DNA from: Chloroflexota bacterium
Lineage (GTDB): Bacteria > Chloroflexota > UBA11872 > VXNJ01
Reading direction: 5' to 3'
Length of the DNA: 64,000 nt
Assembly (NCBI GenBank): GCA_965261345.1
Contig: OZ253449.1
Location: 2,176,001-2,240,000, forward strand
Shown here one piece after another: positions 19,773 to 30,141 of the stretch. Below the pieces are notes generated by a model that made no database searches, was not told the origin of the DNA, and was given only the letters and a program-made list of their open reading frames with translations. A program made the position numbers and the translations under genes. The number at the start of each line of letters is the position of its first letter. Position 1 is the stretch's first letter.

Positions 19773-19941
19773 TGGCGGTTTGCTCCGATAAGACTTTGGT
19801 CGGGCCTGCCCGCGGGACGTTTCCCGCAATCCACGGAGAATCTGTTCCCGTTCGGGCCGGGGCACCTCCAAGTTTGCCCGCAAATTGTCCCCGGTAGGGT
19901 GCTTCAAACCCAAAATAGGGCAAGCCCAAGGAGAACACTAC

Positions 19942-20355
19942 ATGCGCGGAAAAGTCCTCTCAGTTGATTCAATGGAGCCGATCTCGCGTGGCGGCGGGAT
20001 CAGAAGCTACCCGTTTTTTGGTAATTGGACCGGAGCTAAACAAATGGTCTCGGGAATGAGTATTTTTCCGCCCGGCACCGTAATCCTCGAACACACCCAT
20101 AATGTCGAGGAGATAGTGGTGGTGATCGAGGGGACTGGCAATGCCATCATCGATGGCTGCAAAAATCCGGTCAACCCCATCTCAACGACCTGGATCCCGG
20201 CCGAGGTCCCGCACTACTTTGAAAACACCGGCAGCTCGAACCTGACGATCCTCTGGTTCTACGGCGAGATTGAAGTGGTCCGCAAGATCCTTTCTACCGG
20301 CGAGGTCATCCCTCATCTCTCCGATCGCGACCGCTCGATCGCTGCCAGTCCCTAG
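19942..20355 (+). CDS. Cupin-domain protein
   Basis: HTHNVEE....EG and PHYFEN cupin motifs; AAGGAG RBS before the ATG at 19942. Confidence 0.88.
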   Translation: MRGKVLSVDSMEPISRGGGIRSYPFFGNWTGAKQMVSGMSIFPPGTVILEHTHNVEEIVVVIEGTGNAIIDGCKNPVNPISTTWIPAEVPHYFENTGSSNLTILWFYGEIEVVRKILSTGEVIPHLSDRDRSIAASP

Positions 20356-20425
20356 CCGATCGCGCCCGCCGACTAACAAGCCCCCAGCTCCTCAACAGCC
20401 TCCCCGAACGCGAAAGTTCTCATCC

Positions 20426-21865
20426 ATGGCCAAGCCGCCCAATATCGTAATTTTTATGCCCGACCAGATGCGTTGGGACTGCACTTCGCAATCTGGCAAT
20501 TCCCTGCTGTCCATGCCCAACTTCGACCAGTTGGCCGATGACGGAGCCACGCTCTCCAATTTCTACGTAAACAACACCGTCTGCACACCCTCGCGCTGTG
20601 CGATGTTCACCGGCCAATACCCGCACGTTCGCGGCCACCGCTCACTCTGGTACCTGCTCCAAGATCACGAACCCAACGTTCTGCGCGAACTAAAGCAGGC
20701 GGGCTATCACGTCCACCTCACCGGTAAGAACCACCTCCTAACCGACACGGCGATTGAATCGAGCATCTCCAGCCGGACCCTCTCCGATCTGGGGGTTGAC
20801 CGACAGCGCCTCATGAACCCCCCCGACTGGCTCGATGAGCGCTACCGCTACACCCTCTATTACGGGGAGCGCCCCCAGGAGTTGGCCCGCGATTTTGATC
20901 GGGATTGGATCGATGGGGCGCTGGAGTTCTTGCGCTCTGGGCCGCCCGAACCGTTCTGCCTGGTGATCACCCTGTTCTTTCCCCACCCACCCTACTGGGT
21001 GGAAGAACCCTATTACTCGATGTACGACCGCAGCCAGGTACCGTTGCCGCGCCCGCCGCGCCAATCGGGGAGCCCAATCTACCACCGCGAAATTGCCGAA
21101 CGCTACGGTGTCGTTGATCTTTCCGAGGATGAACTGCGCGAGATCGTAGCCGTCTATTACGGCATGTGCACCCGAATCGATGACCAATTTGGCGAAGTTT
21201 GCGCCGCGCTTAAGGAACGTAACGTCTACGACGAGACGGCGATCGTATACCTCTCCGACCACGGCGACTACTGCGGCGACTGGTCGCTGACCGAAAAATG
21301 GCCGTCGGGGTTTGAGGACGTTCTATCCAATGTCCCGTTTGCCATCAAGGCGCCCGGGATCGTTGGCGGATCGCGCGTTGATCACCTGGCCGAGGCGGTC
21401 GACCTGACCGCGACCCTGCAGGACCTGGCCGGAATCGAATCGGGCCACGATCATTTCGGAAGGAGTCTGCTGCCGCTGCTCCGCGGCGAGGTCGCTTCAC
21501 ACAAGGACGCGGTTTTCTGCGAGGGTGGGCACCTGCCGCATGAAACCCAGGCCCTGGAGATGGTGACCGCCCACTCGAGCCTGCTCTGCTACCACCAGAA
21601 AGCGGCCATTCAAACCGACAACCGCGATTCGGTCTGCAAGTCGGTGATGGTGCGCAGCGGCCGTTGGAAATTCGTGATGCGGCTAACCGACCAGAGCGAG
21701 CTATACGATCTGGAAGCGGACCCGCGCGAGATGGTCAACCTGGCCGCCGATCCAGAGCACGCTGGAGTGGTTGCGGAGCTTTCCAACCGCATCGCCCGCT
21801 GGTACATTGAGACTGGTGACTACTTGCCGCGCCAAAAAGATGAGGCCGGCCGCCCGGTCCACTAA
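20426..21865 (+). CDS. Cys-type sulfatase
   Basis: PNIVIFMPDQ, CTPSR, GKNH, PHPPY, SDHGD, ELYDL..DP.E..NLA. Confidence 0.93.
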   Translation: MAKPPNIVIFMPDQMRWDCTSQSGNSLLSMPNFDQLADDGATLSNFYVNNTVCTPSRCAMFTGQYPHVRGHRSLWYLLQDHEPNVLRELKQAGYHVHLTGKNHLLTDTAIESSISSRTLSDLGVDRQRLMNPPDWLDERYRYTLYYGERPQELARDFDRDWIDGALEFLRSGPPEPFCLVITLFFPHPPYWVEEPYYSMYDRSQVPLPRPPRQSGSPIYHREIAERYGVVDLSEDELREIVAVYYGMCTRIDDQFGEVCAALKERNVYDETAIVYLSDHGDYCGDWSLTEKWPSGFEDVLSNVPFAIKAPGIVGGSRVDHLAEAVDLTATLQDLAGIESGHDHFGRSLLPLLRGEVASHKDAVFCEGGHLPHETQALEMVTAHSSLLCYHQKAAIQTDNRDSVCKSVMVRSGRWKFVMRLTDQSELYDLEADPREMVNLAADPEHAGVVAELSNRIARWYIETGDYLPRQKDEAGRPVH

Positions 21866-21880
21866 CTCAGCGCGGCCGCC

Positions 21881-22876
21881 TCAGGCTAAGCTGACCGCCA
21901 GTGTGCGGCCCTGGTGATGCGACTCGGTCGCGGCATCGGCCAGCAGGAGGGCGTTGAGCCCGTCGACGCCATCCGGGTTGCTCACTGACCCCCGCTCTAC
22001 GCCCTCGGCGAACAGTTCCAATTCACGCCGGTAAGACTCCCCGTAGCGGTCGATCGATGCATACGGGGGCGGGTCGAGGCGAGATCCGCTGGCGTCCGCC
22101 AGCCGCAGGCTGGTAGATAGTACGTTGTCGGCAAATAGCTTGGCTTTTGAGCCGTGGACCTCGATGCGCTGGTCATAGCCGGCAAGGTTGCGTCGTGAAC
22201 AGTTGATGTGGCAGAGCTTGCCCGATTCGGTTCGCATTACCACCATCGCGCTGTCCACGTCGCCGGCCTCGCCGATTTCCGGGTCGATTAGCACCGACCC
22301 TGTGGCAAAGACCTCCACCGGGTCCTCCCCGAGCACCCAGCGGGCCATATCAAAGTCATGAATCATCATGTCTCTAAAGAGGCCACCCGAGACCCTTACG
22401 TACGCCGGCCACGGGGGTTCGGGATCGTGGCTTACCAGCGAGACCATTTCAATATCGCCAGCCACCCCGTCGCGCAGCCGCCGCTTGAGCTCGGCAAAAT
22501 TTGGATCGAATCGCCGGTTAAACCCGATCGCCAGTTGCGCCTGTTCGGCTTCAACCGCCCGCAGGCAAGACCGCGCGCGGGCCGAATCCAGGTCGATCGG
22601 TTTCTCGCAGAAGATGAACTTGCCGGCACGGGCGGCGGCTTCGATTAGCTCGGCGTGGGTATTAGTCGATGAGGCGATCAGTACCGCGGCGATCGAATCG
22701 TCGGCAAAAATCTGGTCGCGCTCAAGCACCACGCAACCCAGTCGGTCGGCCAGCGCGCTGGCCGATTGGGCGACCGGATCGGAGATCCCGGCAAGGTCAA
22801 AACTCGAACTCCGAGCAAGGTTGGGTCCGTGAACGTGCCCTATCCGTCCGGCTCCAAACATCGCAATTCTTACCAT
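21881..22876 (-). CDS. iolG: Inositol 2-dehydrogenase
   Basis: GAGRIG.VH, CEKPID, GFNRRFDP, SGGLFRDMMIHDFD, GYDQRIEVHGSK. Confidence 0.92.
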   Translation of the reverse strand: MVRIAMFGAGRIGHVHGPNLARSSSFDLAGISDPVAQSASALADRLGCVVLERDQIFADDSIAAVLIASSTNTHAELIEAAARAGKFIFCEKPIDLDSARARSCLRAVEAEQAQLAIGFNRRFDPNFAELKRRLRDGVAGDIEMVSLVSHDPEPPWPAYVRVSGGLFRDMMIHDFDMARWVLGEDPVEVFATGSVLIDPEIGEAGDVDSAMVVMRTESGKLCHINCSRRNLAGYDQRIEVHGSKAKLFADNVLSTSLRLADASGSRLDPPPYASIDRYGESYRRELELFAEGVERGSVSNPDGVDGLNALLLADAATESHHQGRTLAVSLA

Positions 22877-23006
22877 CGCGTTTCTCCATCCTGCACCAGC
22901 AATATCGCCAACTAATTTTTGAGCATGTTAGTCGAATTTTTTCAACTGTCGGCGCCGCGCCGGTTCGGGCGTTCGTGTGGTGCGCGGGCGATTGATCTGA
23001 TTCATT

Positions 23007-26000
23007 TCAGCTGGGCGACGATTCCGAATCGTTGTCACGGTAAAGCTGGGCGTGCGATCGAGCCAGGTAGTCGGCCAGGTTGGCCGGATCATCGTCTCCG
23101 GGCGCCCGCTGTTTGCCGGCCGCCTGTCGACGAAGGCGGCGGAGCGCGTCCAGCGCCTCCGGCAAGGCAAACTGCTCACCGGTCAGGCCGCCGACGAATC
23201 GCCCGCCGCGGACCTGGCCGCGCGCTTCCAGCCGGCGCAGCACCCGCAACAGCAACCGCCAGGGCAAGCGCCAGCGTTCGCGGGCGGCAATCTCGCGAAA
23301 CACGACCCCGTAGCGCTGCAGCAATACGTTGGCGATCCCTTCGAGCAGTTCGTCCTTGCTGGTCGTTGACGGGGCCGGGACGTCGATGGCCGCCCAGCGC
23401 CCCGGGGGCCAGGCATCGTTTAGCAGACCCTGCCGCCGTCCGGAATAGTTGTGGCGGCGCAGGCGCCGCGCCAGCGGTCGATTGGCCAGCGCCCGGATTG
23501 AGGCGAACCCGTCCGAGTTCACCAAACCGGCGGCGACCAGTTCGAGCAGTCGTCGCTCAACGTCTTCGGGCAGCCGCCCCGATCGGGCGATTAGATCCTC
23601 GAAAAAAAGCGCACCGTGCAGCCGCATCAGCGCCAGCAGTTCCAAAGTTCCGGCGGTAAGACCGGCGGCGGGATCGCCCTCGCCGCGGGCCGATGGCAAA
23701 AGCAGTGGTAGTTGGCGGCGCGGAAAAAGGGCGATTCGGGTTGCTCGATTGGCCGAGCGCCGCCGCGGGCCGTCGCCGAGATTGCCCGGCAGGCTCAGGC
23801 GCAGCCACATCGCCTCGCCGGAGAGACATAGTTCGTCCAGCCAGGCCGGCTGGTAATCGGACACCCGGGCCGGCAGGAGGCTTGACTCCCAGGATCGGGC
23901 GGGTGCTTCGTAACCCTGCAAACGCCCGATCGCCTGGCGCAGCCCGGCCCGCCCGCGAAGCTGGGTATTTAGGCCCATGTACTGCCAATCCAATAGGAAC
24001 CGCAGGTAGTCCTGGCGTGTGACCGGTTCTATTTCGGAACGGAGCCGGGCCCTGGTGCGGCGGTGAATCCTCGCCAGCAGCTGGCGATCGCAAAATTCTT
24101 CGGTATCTGGCCGGTCGGGCCGGAACCGGCCGCGCAGCAGATGGCCCTGGGCTTCCAGCTGGGCCAAGCCGATCCGGGCGTCGGCCGGACTGAATCCGGA
24201 GTGCTCGGCGACTTCGGTCGCGGTTACCGGCCCCCAGATTTCACTGTGGCCCCGAACCGCCCTGATGCGGGCCGCATCGGGGCTCTCGACATCAATCAGC
24301 GCTGCCGGCGGGATGCCGGCCAGATCAACCCGGGCTTCGGGGAACAGCGCCGCCACCAGCGCTCCGGCCTCGCTGGCGTGCCAGTAACAGATCCCATTTA
24401 ATTGCAGGCGGCGGGCCCGGTTCTGGGCGACCAGCGCGTCCATCAACTCGCCAAAGATTTCCAGTTCGCCGGCCCTTATGACCACCAGGCCGACGAGGAG
24501 CTCGTGCAACTCGTCGGGATTGGCCGGGCTTGGGGCGATTTCTTTGCAGACCTGTTCGATCGCCGCCGCATCCAGGGCTCCCAGGTCGCGCTGGTGGGCG
24601 GGCAGGACCTGGCGTAGTTGGACCGCCCGCGAGCGCCGTTCCTCCAGTGGGGCGTCGTCGAGGAACGTAAACGGGCGGCCGTTGATGATTTCATGGCTCA
24701 TCGGCGATGGTTCGGTCACATCGCGCGCGTGCAGGCGGATCCGGCCGCCCTCGATCTCCCGCAATATCGCTTCCAGCCCCTCGATGTCATGGGCTTCAAA
24801 AAGGCAGTCGTTGACTGTCTGCTCAACCAACACGTGATCGGGGATCTCCAGCGGTCCGGTGACGTTCTCCTGGCACCCCACCTGTTCGGGGAATACCGCG
24901 GCCAGTAGGTCGTCGGCCCGCATCCGCTGAATCGGCGGGGGCACCCGCCGCCCGTGCTGGAAGCGCCGCACGAAGAGCGCGCGGGTGGCGTTCCAGCGCC
25001 AGCGGGTCGGGAACAACGGCGTGTAGAGGATTGCCTGGCGCAGGGCCGGCCGGGCATTGGCGGCGGTCACATAGCCGAAGGATTCCTCGAGCGGGAACGA
25101 ATGCTGCGGACCGAGCGAGAGCAGGATGCAGTTATCGTTGGCGGCGGCCTGCAGTTCAAAGTCAAAGCGCACACAGAAGCGCTTGCGCAGAGCCAGGCCC
25201 CAGGCACGGGTGATGCGTTGACCAAAGGGCGCGTGAACCACCAGCTGCATCCCACCGGCCTCATCGAAGAAACGCTCAAAAACCACGTCGCGGTCGGTCG
25301 GCACCATTCCCAGGCCGTCGCAGGTTGCCCCGACATATTCGACCAAGAGGGTGAGTGCGGCTTCGGTCAGGCCGCATTCGGCCGCCAGCTGATGGCGCGC
25401 ACCCTGGTCGGCGTCGATCGCGGCCGCCAGGTCGGCCCGCAGACGCGAGACCTGATGTGAGAGTTCTGGGGTTCGGCCCAGCCCCTCACCCAGCCAGAAG
25501 GGAATCGTCGGCGCGGCGCCATGGGCGTCGGCCACCCGCACCCGGCCCGATTCGACCCGCAGGATCCGCCAGGAGTTGGTGCCCAGGATGAAGATGTCGC
25601 CGGCCATGCTCTCGATGGCAAAGTCTTCATTGACGCTGCCGATGACCGCCCCATCGGGTTCGGCCACCACCAGATAATCGCCCTGCTCGGGGATGGTTCC
25701 GGCGTTGGTAGCGGCCACCATCCGGGCCGCTCGGCGGCCGCGTATCGAGCCGTTGATCTGGTCGCGGTGAATGAGCGGATAGCCGCGTCCGCCGCCCTCG
25801 CCCAGGCCATCGGCAAGCATGGTTAGGACCCGGTCGAAATCGGACCGGTGAAGGTCGGCGAATCCGCCTGCGTCGGCAAAGAGCGCAAACAGTTCGTCCT
25901 CCTGCCAGGATTGCGCGGCGGTCTCGGCAACCACGTGCTGGGCCAGTACGTCCAGCGGATGGGCTGGTTGGACGATTCGATCCAGGGTGCCCTCGCCGAC

Positions 26001-27203
26001 GGCTCGCACGATCGCACCGCATTCGAGCACATCGTCGCGCGAAGTGGGCAACAGGCGTCCCTTGGGAACTAGGCCGATGGCGTGACCGGAGCGGCCGATG
26101 CGCTGCAGAAAGGTGGCGATCGAACGCGGCGATCCGATCTGTAGGACCAGGTCTATGTGCCCAATATCGATGCCCAACTCAAGCGAGGCGGTCGCCACCA
26201 GGGCGCGCAGCTGACCGTCCTTTAGTTGCTGCTCGACCCTGAGGCGGCGTTCCTTGGCCAACGAGCCGTGGTGACTGGCAACGACTTCCTCCCCCAGTCG
26301 CTGCGAAAGATTGAAGGCCACCCGTTCCGACAGCGACCGGGTATTTACAAAAACCAGAGTGGTGCGATGGGCAGAGACCAGGTCGGCCACCCGGGCGTAG
26401 AGGGCAGCCATGTATTCGCCGGAGGCAACTGCTCCAAGCTCGACATCCATCACCTCGACCGCCAGGTCGATCTCGCGTTGGTGGCCAAAGTCCAGGATCT
26501 GGCAGGGGTGCGGTTGGCCCCGGTGGTATCCGCTGAGAAAACGGGCGATCGCCGGTAACGGTTTCTGGGTGGCCGAAAGGCCGATCCGCTGGGGACGATA
26601 GCCCAAATGGGCGTCCAGGCGTGCCAGTGACAGCGCCAGGTGAGAGCCGCGACGGTCGCGGGCCAGGGCGTGGATCTCGTCCACGATTACCGATTGGACC
26701 CCGGCAAGGGCCTTGCGCCCGCGCACCGATCCAAGTAGAAGGTAGAGCGATTCAGGCGTAGTTACCAGGATGTGCGGCGGGCGGCGGTAGATCGCTTCGC
26801 GTTGCGATTGGGTCGAATCGCCGGTGCGCACGGCGACTCGGATCTCGCCCATGACACCGCCGAGTGGGTCGTCGCTGTCCCGCATTTCAGCCAGCGGCTG
26901 GCGCAGATTGCGCGAAATGTCATTGGATAGGGCTTTGAGCGGAGATACGTAGACGATCGCGATCGCGTCGTCGTCGTGGGTGCGCCGCGCCAGCGTGTCA
27001 ATCCCCCACAGAAATGCCGCCAGGGTTTTGCCGGACCCGGTCGGGGCAGCCAGCAGCACATCCGATCCCTTAGCAATGGCTGGCCAGGCGGCGGCCTGGC
27101 CGGGGGTGGGGCCGGCAAAATTGCGATCGAACCAGTCAATGACTGCCGGGTGCGAGAAGAATTGGGCAGCTTTGCCGGGGTTGCCGCCGCAGGTGTCGGC
27201 CAA
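23007..27203 (-). CDS. lhr: Lhr-family ATP-dependent DEAD/H helicase
   Basis: APTGSGKT, SPLKAL, TTPESL, DEIH, SATQ, HHGSL, LELGID, QRIGRSGH, PFW.GE and a C-terminal winged-helix region. Confidence 0.93.
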   Translation of the reverse strand: MADTCGGNPGKAAQFFSHPAVIDWFDRNFAGPTPGQAAAWPAIAKGSDVLLAAPTGSGKTLAAFLWGIDTLARRTHDDDAIAIVYVSPLKALSNDISRNLRQPLAEMRDSDDPLGGVMGEIRVAVRTGDSTQSQREAIYRRPPHILVTTPESLYLLLGSVRGRKALAGVQSVIVDEIHALARDRRGSHLALSLARLDAHLGYRPQRIGLSATQKPLPAIARFLSGYHRGQPHPCQILDFGHQREIDLAVEVMDVELGAVASGEYMAALYARVADLVSAHRTTLVFVNTRSLSERVAFNLSQRLGEEVVASHHGSLAKERRLRVEQQLKDGQLRALVATASLELGIDIGHIDLVLQIGSPRSIATFLQRIGRSGHAIGLVPKGRLLPTSRDDVLECGAIVRAVGEGTLDRIVQPAHPLDVLAQHVVAETAAQSWQEDELFALFADAGGFADLHRSDFDRVLTMLADGLGEGGGRGYPLIHRDQINGSIRGRRAARMVAATNAGTIPEQGDYLVVAEPDGAVIGSVNEDFAIESMAGDIFILGTNSWRILRVESGRVRVADAHGAAPTIPFWLGEGLGRTPELSHQVSRLRADLAAAIDADQGARHQLAAECGLTEAALTLLVEYVGATCDGLGMVPTDRDVVFERFFDEAGGMQLVVHAPFGQRITRAWGLALRKRFCVRFDFELQAAANDNCILLSLGPQHSFPLEESFGYVTAANARPALRQAILYTPLFPTRWRWNATRALFVRRFQHGRRVPPPIQRMRADDLLAAVFPEQVGCQENVTGPLEIPDHVLVEQTVNDCLFEAHDIEGLEAILREIEGGRIRLHARDVTEPSPMSHEIINGRPFTFLDDAPLEERRSRAVQLRQVLPAHQRDLGALDAAAIEQVCKEIAPSPANPDELHELLVGLVVIRAGELEIFGELMDALVAQNRARRLQLNGICYWHASEAGALVAALFPEARVDLAGIPPAALIDVESPDAARIRAVRGHSEIWGPVTATEVAEHSGFSPADARIGLAQLEAQGHLLRGRFRPDRPDTEEFCDRQLLARIHRRTRARLRSEIEPVTRQDYLRFLLDWQYMGLNTQLRGRAGLRQAIGRLQGYEAPARSWESSLLPARVSDYQPAWLDELCLSGEAMWLRLSLPGNLGDGPRRRSANRATRIALFPRRQLPLLLPSARGEGDPAAGLTAGTLELLALMRLHGALFFEDLIARSGRLPEDVERRLLELVAAGLVNSDGFASIRALANRPLARRLRRHNYSGRRQGLLNDAWPPGRWAAIDVPAPSTTSKDELLEGIANVLLQRYGVVFREIAARERWRLPWRLLLRVLRRLEARGQVRGGRFVGGLTGEQFALPEALDALRRLRRQAAGKQRAPGDDDPANLADYLARSHAQLYRDNDSESSPS

Positions 27204-27266
27204 GGTTGGCTACCTATTGCTGTTTGCTATATATACGATAACCTGCCGCCTAATACAGTTGCGACC

Positions 27267-28442
27267 CTAGCCAATCGAAATTTGGTTTTGGGAAATAAAG
27301 TCCTCGTTTAACTCCCAACCGAAACCGGGGCCATCACCAAGGGTGATGTAGCCGTCGACCGGCCGCGGTTCGTTGCGCAGGGCTCCCCAGATCAATGAAT
27401 TCCCGGTGAGCGGCTCGCGCTGCGGGAAGTACTCACCGATCGGGCAGCAGGTCTTGGCGGTAATGAGGTGATATGAATGCAGCCAACCCTGATGCGGACA
27501 GACCGCGCGCGAATGGGCCGCCGCCAGCGCGCAGATGCGCAGCATCTCGGTGTACCCGCCGACCCGGTTGGTGTCGGGTTGGAGGTAGTCCACTCCGGCG
27601 TCGATGAAGGCCTGGTAATCAAAACGGGTGCGGCCGTGTTCACCGGCCGCGATCGGGATCGGCCCGTAGTCAACCAGGCGGGCGTGGCCGTCGATATCGT
27701 CGGGGGTCAGCGGTTCTTCTAGCCAGGCAATATCGTAGCGGGCGATCGCATCGATCATCTTCTTGGCATAGGTCACGTCCCACTGCATGTGGGCATCAAC
27801 CATCAGCTGCACATCGGGGCCGATCGCGTTGCGGATCTCCTTGATGACCTCGACCTCGCGGCGAAAGCCCACCGATCCGTGCGCGGGCCCGAGCGAGCAG
27901 AAATATTTCATGGCTCTGTACCCGTCAGCCGCGTCGGCGCGGGCGCGCTCGATCGTCTTGGCCAACCCAAAGTTGTTGCGCAGCAGACTCATGTAAACCG
28001 GTACGCGTGCCTTACTCTTGCCGCCGATGAGGTTGTAGACCGGCTGGTTGCAGGCCTTGGCCAGGATGTCCCATAGGGCCAGGTCGATGCCCGACATCGC
28101 CATGATGACCGCTCCGCGGAGCCCGTACTGCTGGCTCTGGTGGTACATGTGGTCCCAGATCGCCTCGATTTGCAGCGGATCGCGGCCGATCAGCAGCGGA
28201 GCCAGATGGGCGGTTATGACCGGTTCGGCGGCGGTGTTGAATCCGCCGACGGTGCCGATCCCGGCGATGCCGGCATCGGTTTTGATCTCAACGACGGTTA
28301 GGGCGGCCGGTTCGGGGTGGGTAAACGACCCATCCCGGAACGGTCCGGTCCCACCCAGGGCGCTGGGCGGCGGCGGGTCATAGAGGGGTCGTGAACTTTC
28401 AGTCGTGCCGAGGGTCCGAGCTGAAATTGCGGTGATTTTCAT
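27267..28442 (-). CDS. Mandelate racemase/enolase-superfamily sugar-acid dehydratase (L-rhamnonate dehydratase-like)
   Basis: SGIDLALWDI, LMVDAH, WLEEP, AAGEH, QPD, CPHQ. Confidence 0.88.
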   Translation of the reverse strand: MKITAISARTLGTTESSRPLYDPPPPSALGGTGPFRDGSFTHPEPAALTVVEIKTDAGIAGIGTVGGFNTAAEPVITAHLAPLLIGRDPLQIEAIWDHMYHQSQQYGLRGAVIMAMSGIDLALWDILAKACNQPVYNLIGGKSKARVPVYMSLLRNNFGLAKTIERARADAADGYRAMKYFCSLGPAHGSVGFRREVEVIKEIRNAIGPDVQLMVDAHMQWDVTYAKKMIDAIARYDIAWLEEPLTPDDIDGHARLVDYGPIPIAAGEHGRTRFDYQAFIDAGVDYLQPDTNRVGGYTEMLRICALAAAHSRAVCPHQGWLHSYHLITAKTCCPIGEYFPQREPLTGNSLIWGALRNEPRPVDGYITLGDGPGFGWELNEDFISQNQISIG

Positions 28443-28454
28443 AGCGTCCGCCGC

Positions 28455-28868
28455 CTACTCGTTGCTGCCGGTCTGGCGGTCGCTGGCGGAGAGGTGCTTG
28501 AACGTTTTTCCGCTGTCGGCCACGGTCCGGGTCACGTCGGCGCTGCCATACATCCACAGGATCCGCATCTGCCCGACGCCGCTGTTGTAGAAGCGGTGCG
28601 GGACCCCGGCGGGAATCCAGGAAGTCGACCAGGTCCGCACCGGCAGTTCCTCGCTATCGATTACCGCGGTTCCCTCGCCCTCGATCACGGTCACGCATTC
28701 CTCAACGTTATGGGAGTGCATCACCACTCCACCACCCGGCGGAAACACGGTCATACCGGTGGCCATTTCCACGGCCCCAGACCAGTCGCCAAAGAAGGGC
28801 AGGGTTGTGATTCCGCCACCGCGGGTTACCGCGGCGACGTCGTCTGGATGGGTCAATTTGCCACGCAT
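28455..28868 (-). CDS. Cupin-domain protein (paralog of 19942..20355)
   Basis: HSHNVEE, PHRF; N-terminus MRGK...RGGGI...PFFG.W.GA shared with the first cupin. Confidence 0.88.
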   Translation of the reverse strand: MRGKLTHPDDVAAVTRGGGITTLPFFGDWSGAVEMATGMTVFPPGGGVVMHSHNVEECVTVIEGEGTAVIDSEELPVRTWSTSWIPAGVPHRFYNSGVGQMRILWMYGSADVTRTVADSGKTFKHLSASDRQTGSNE

Positions 28869-28934
28869 TGGCTTTGGTGATCCTTCGGATATGGAACTGA
28901 TTTGTTGCCGGACTATTACAGTTTGCCGGCCCGG

Positions 28935-29948
28935 CTAGGGTTTTTGCGGTGGCAAGCCCACCTTGCGTTCTTCGCGCGCCGACTCTCTAAGCGCGTCGAG
29001 CACCCGGGCCTGGGCGATCGCGTCGGCGTGGTCGAAGGGCAGGGCGGCAGTGCCCTGGATCGCGTCGGCCATCGCATCGAATTCGGCGCGATATACCAGG
29101 TCGGCGGGAAAGCGTTCTATCCGCTCGGTGTTACTGCCGTGACGGCGTAACCGAATGGCGCCCGGTTCGCGAGCCGAGACAACAAATTGGTCGATGAACA
29201 GGCTGCCTTCGGATCCCACCAATTCGATCTGCTGGGTGGCCGAGTCCTCGATTGAATAGGCGATCAGTCCGGTCGACCGATCGGGGAACTCAAGAATTCC
29301 AGATCCAGACATATCGACCTCAAATTCAGGGTCGTACTTCATCGAGGAAAGCACCGCGACCGGTTCCTGGCCGCTTAGGAACCGGCAGGCCGCAACCGTA
29401 TAGCAACCGGCATCAGCCAGCGCGCCGCCGGCAAGATCGGGGCGGTGGCGAATATTGCGCGGACTGCGCGGAATGTTGAACGAAAACGAGGCGGTGATTC
29501 GCCAGGGACGCCCGACCTCGCCGGCCGCGATCAGCTCGCGGGCGCGAAGATTGCGCTCGGCAAAGCGAAACATGAATGCCTCGCACAACAGCACATTTGC
29601 CTCGGCGCAGGTCGCTGCCATCGCGGCGGCCTGGTCGGCGTCGTCGCCGAGCGGCTTCTCGCAGAGGCTGTGCTTGCCCGCTGCGGCGGTCTTTACGACC
29701 CACTCGGCGTGCAGCCCGTTGGGCAGGGCGTTGTAGACGACGTCAATCTGGGGGTCCGCGAGCAACTCCTGATACGACCCGTAGGCGCGTGGAATCTGAT
29801 GTCGATCGGCGTAGGCGCGGGCGGCAGCCAGGCTGCGACTTGCCACGGCAACCGGCTCGACCTTCTCCGATCCCAGGATTTCCGGACTTACCCGGGTCGA
29901 ATAGTTAAGTGAGGTGGAAAGCACCCCAACGCGGATTTTTCGGGGCAT
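28935..29948 (-). CDS. Gfo/Idh/MocA-family oxidoreductase (xylose/glucose dehydrogenase-like)
   Basis: VASRS, YGSYQELL.DP.ID, LPNGLHAEW, LCEKP, GGAL.D.GCY. Confidence 0.9.
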   Translation of the reverse strand: MPRKIRVGVLSTSLNYSTRVSPEILGSEKVEPVAVASRSLAAARAYADRHQIPRAYGSYQELLADPQIDVVYNALPNGLHAEWVVKTAAAGKHSLCEKPLGDDADQAAAMAATCAEANVLLCEAFMFRFAERNLRARELIAAGEVGRPWRITASFSFNIPRSPRNIRHRPDLAGGALADAGCYTVAACRFLSGQEPVAVLSSMKYDPEFEVDMSGSGILEFPDRSTGLIAYSIEDSATQQIELVGSEGSLFIDQFVVSAREPGAIRLRRHGSNTERIERFPADLVYRAEFDAMADAIQGTAALPFDHADAIAQARVLDALRESAREERKVGLPPQKP

Positions 29949-30141
29949 GGCGCCTCGCAGGGTAATTTTGGGAAACGTTTTTGGGCAAGCTCACTGCCCG
30001 GCCACATTTTTGCGCATGAGCCGCGGCAGTTCCATCATGTTTGGCCGGGATCGCCGGGCGGGCCGATGGCCGGCGGCCAATAAAATTGCGTTCGGGAGGG
30101 ATTTGCCCCTTCGACCGTCCGTATCGATTAAGGATGCCCGC

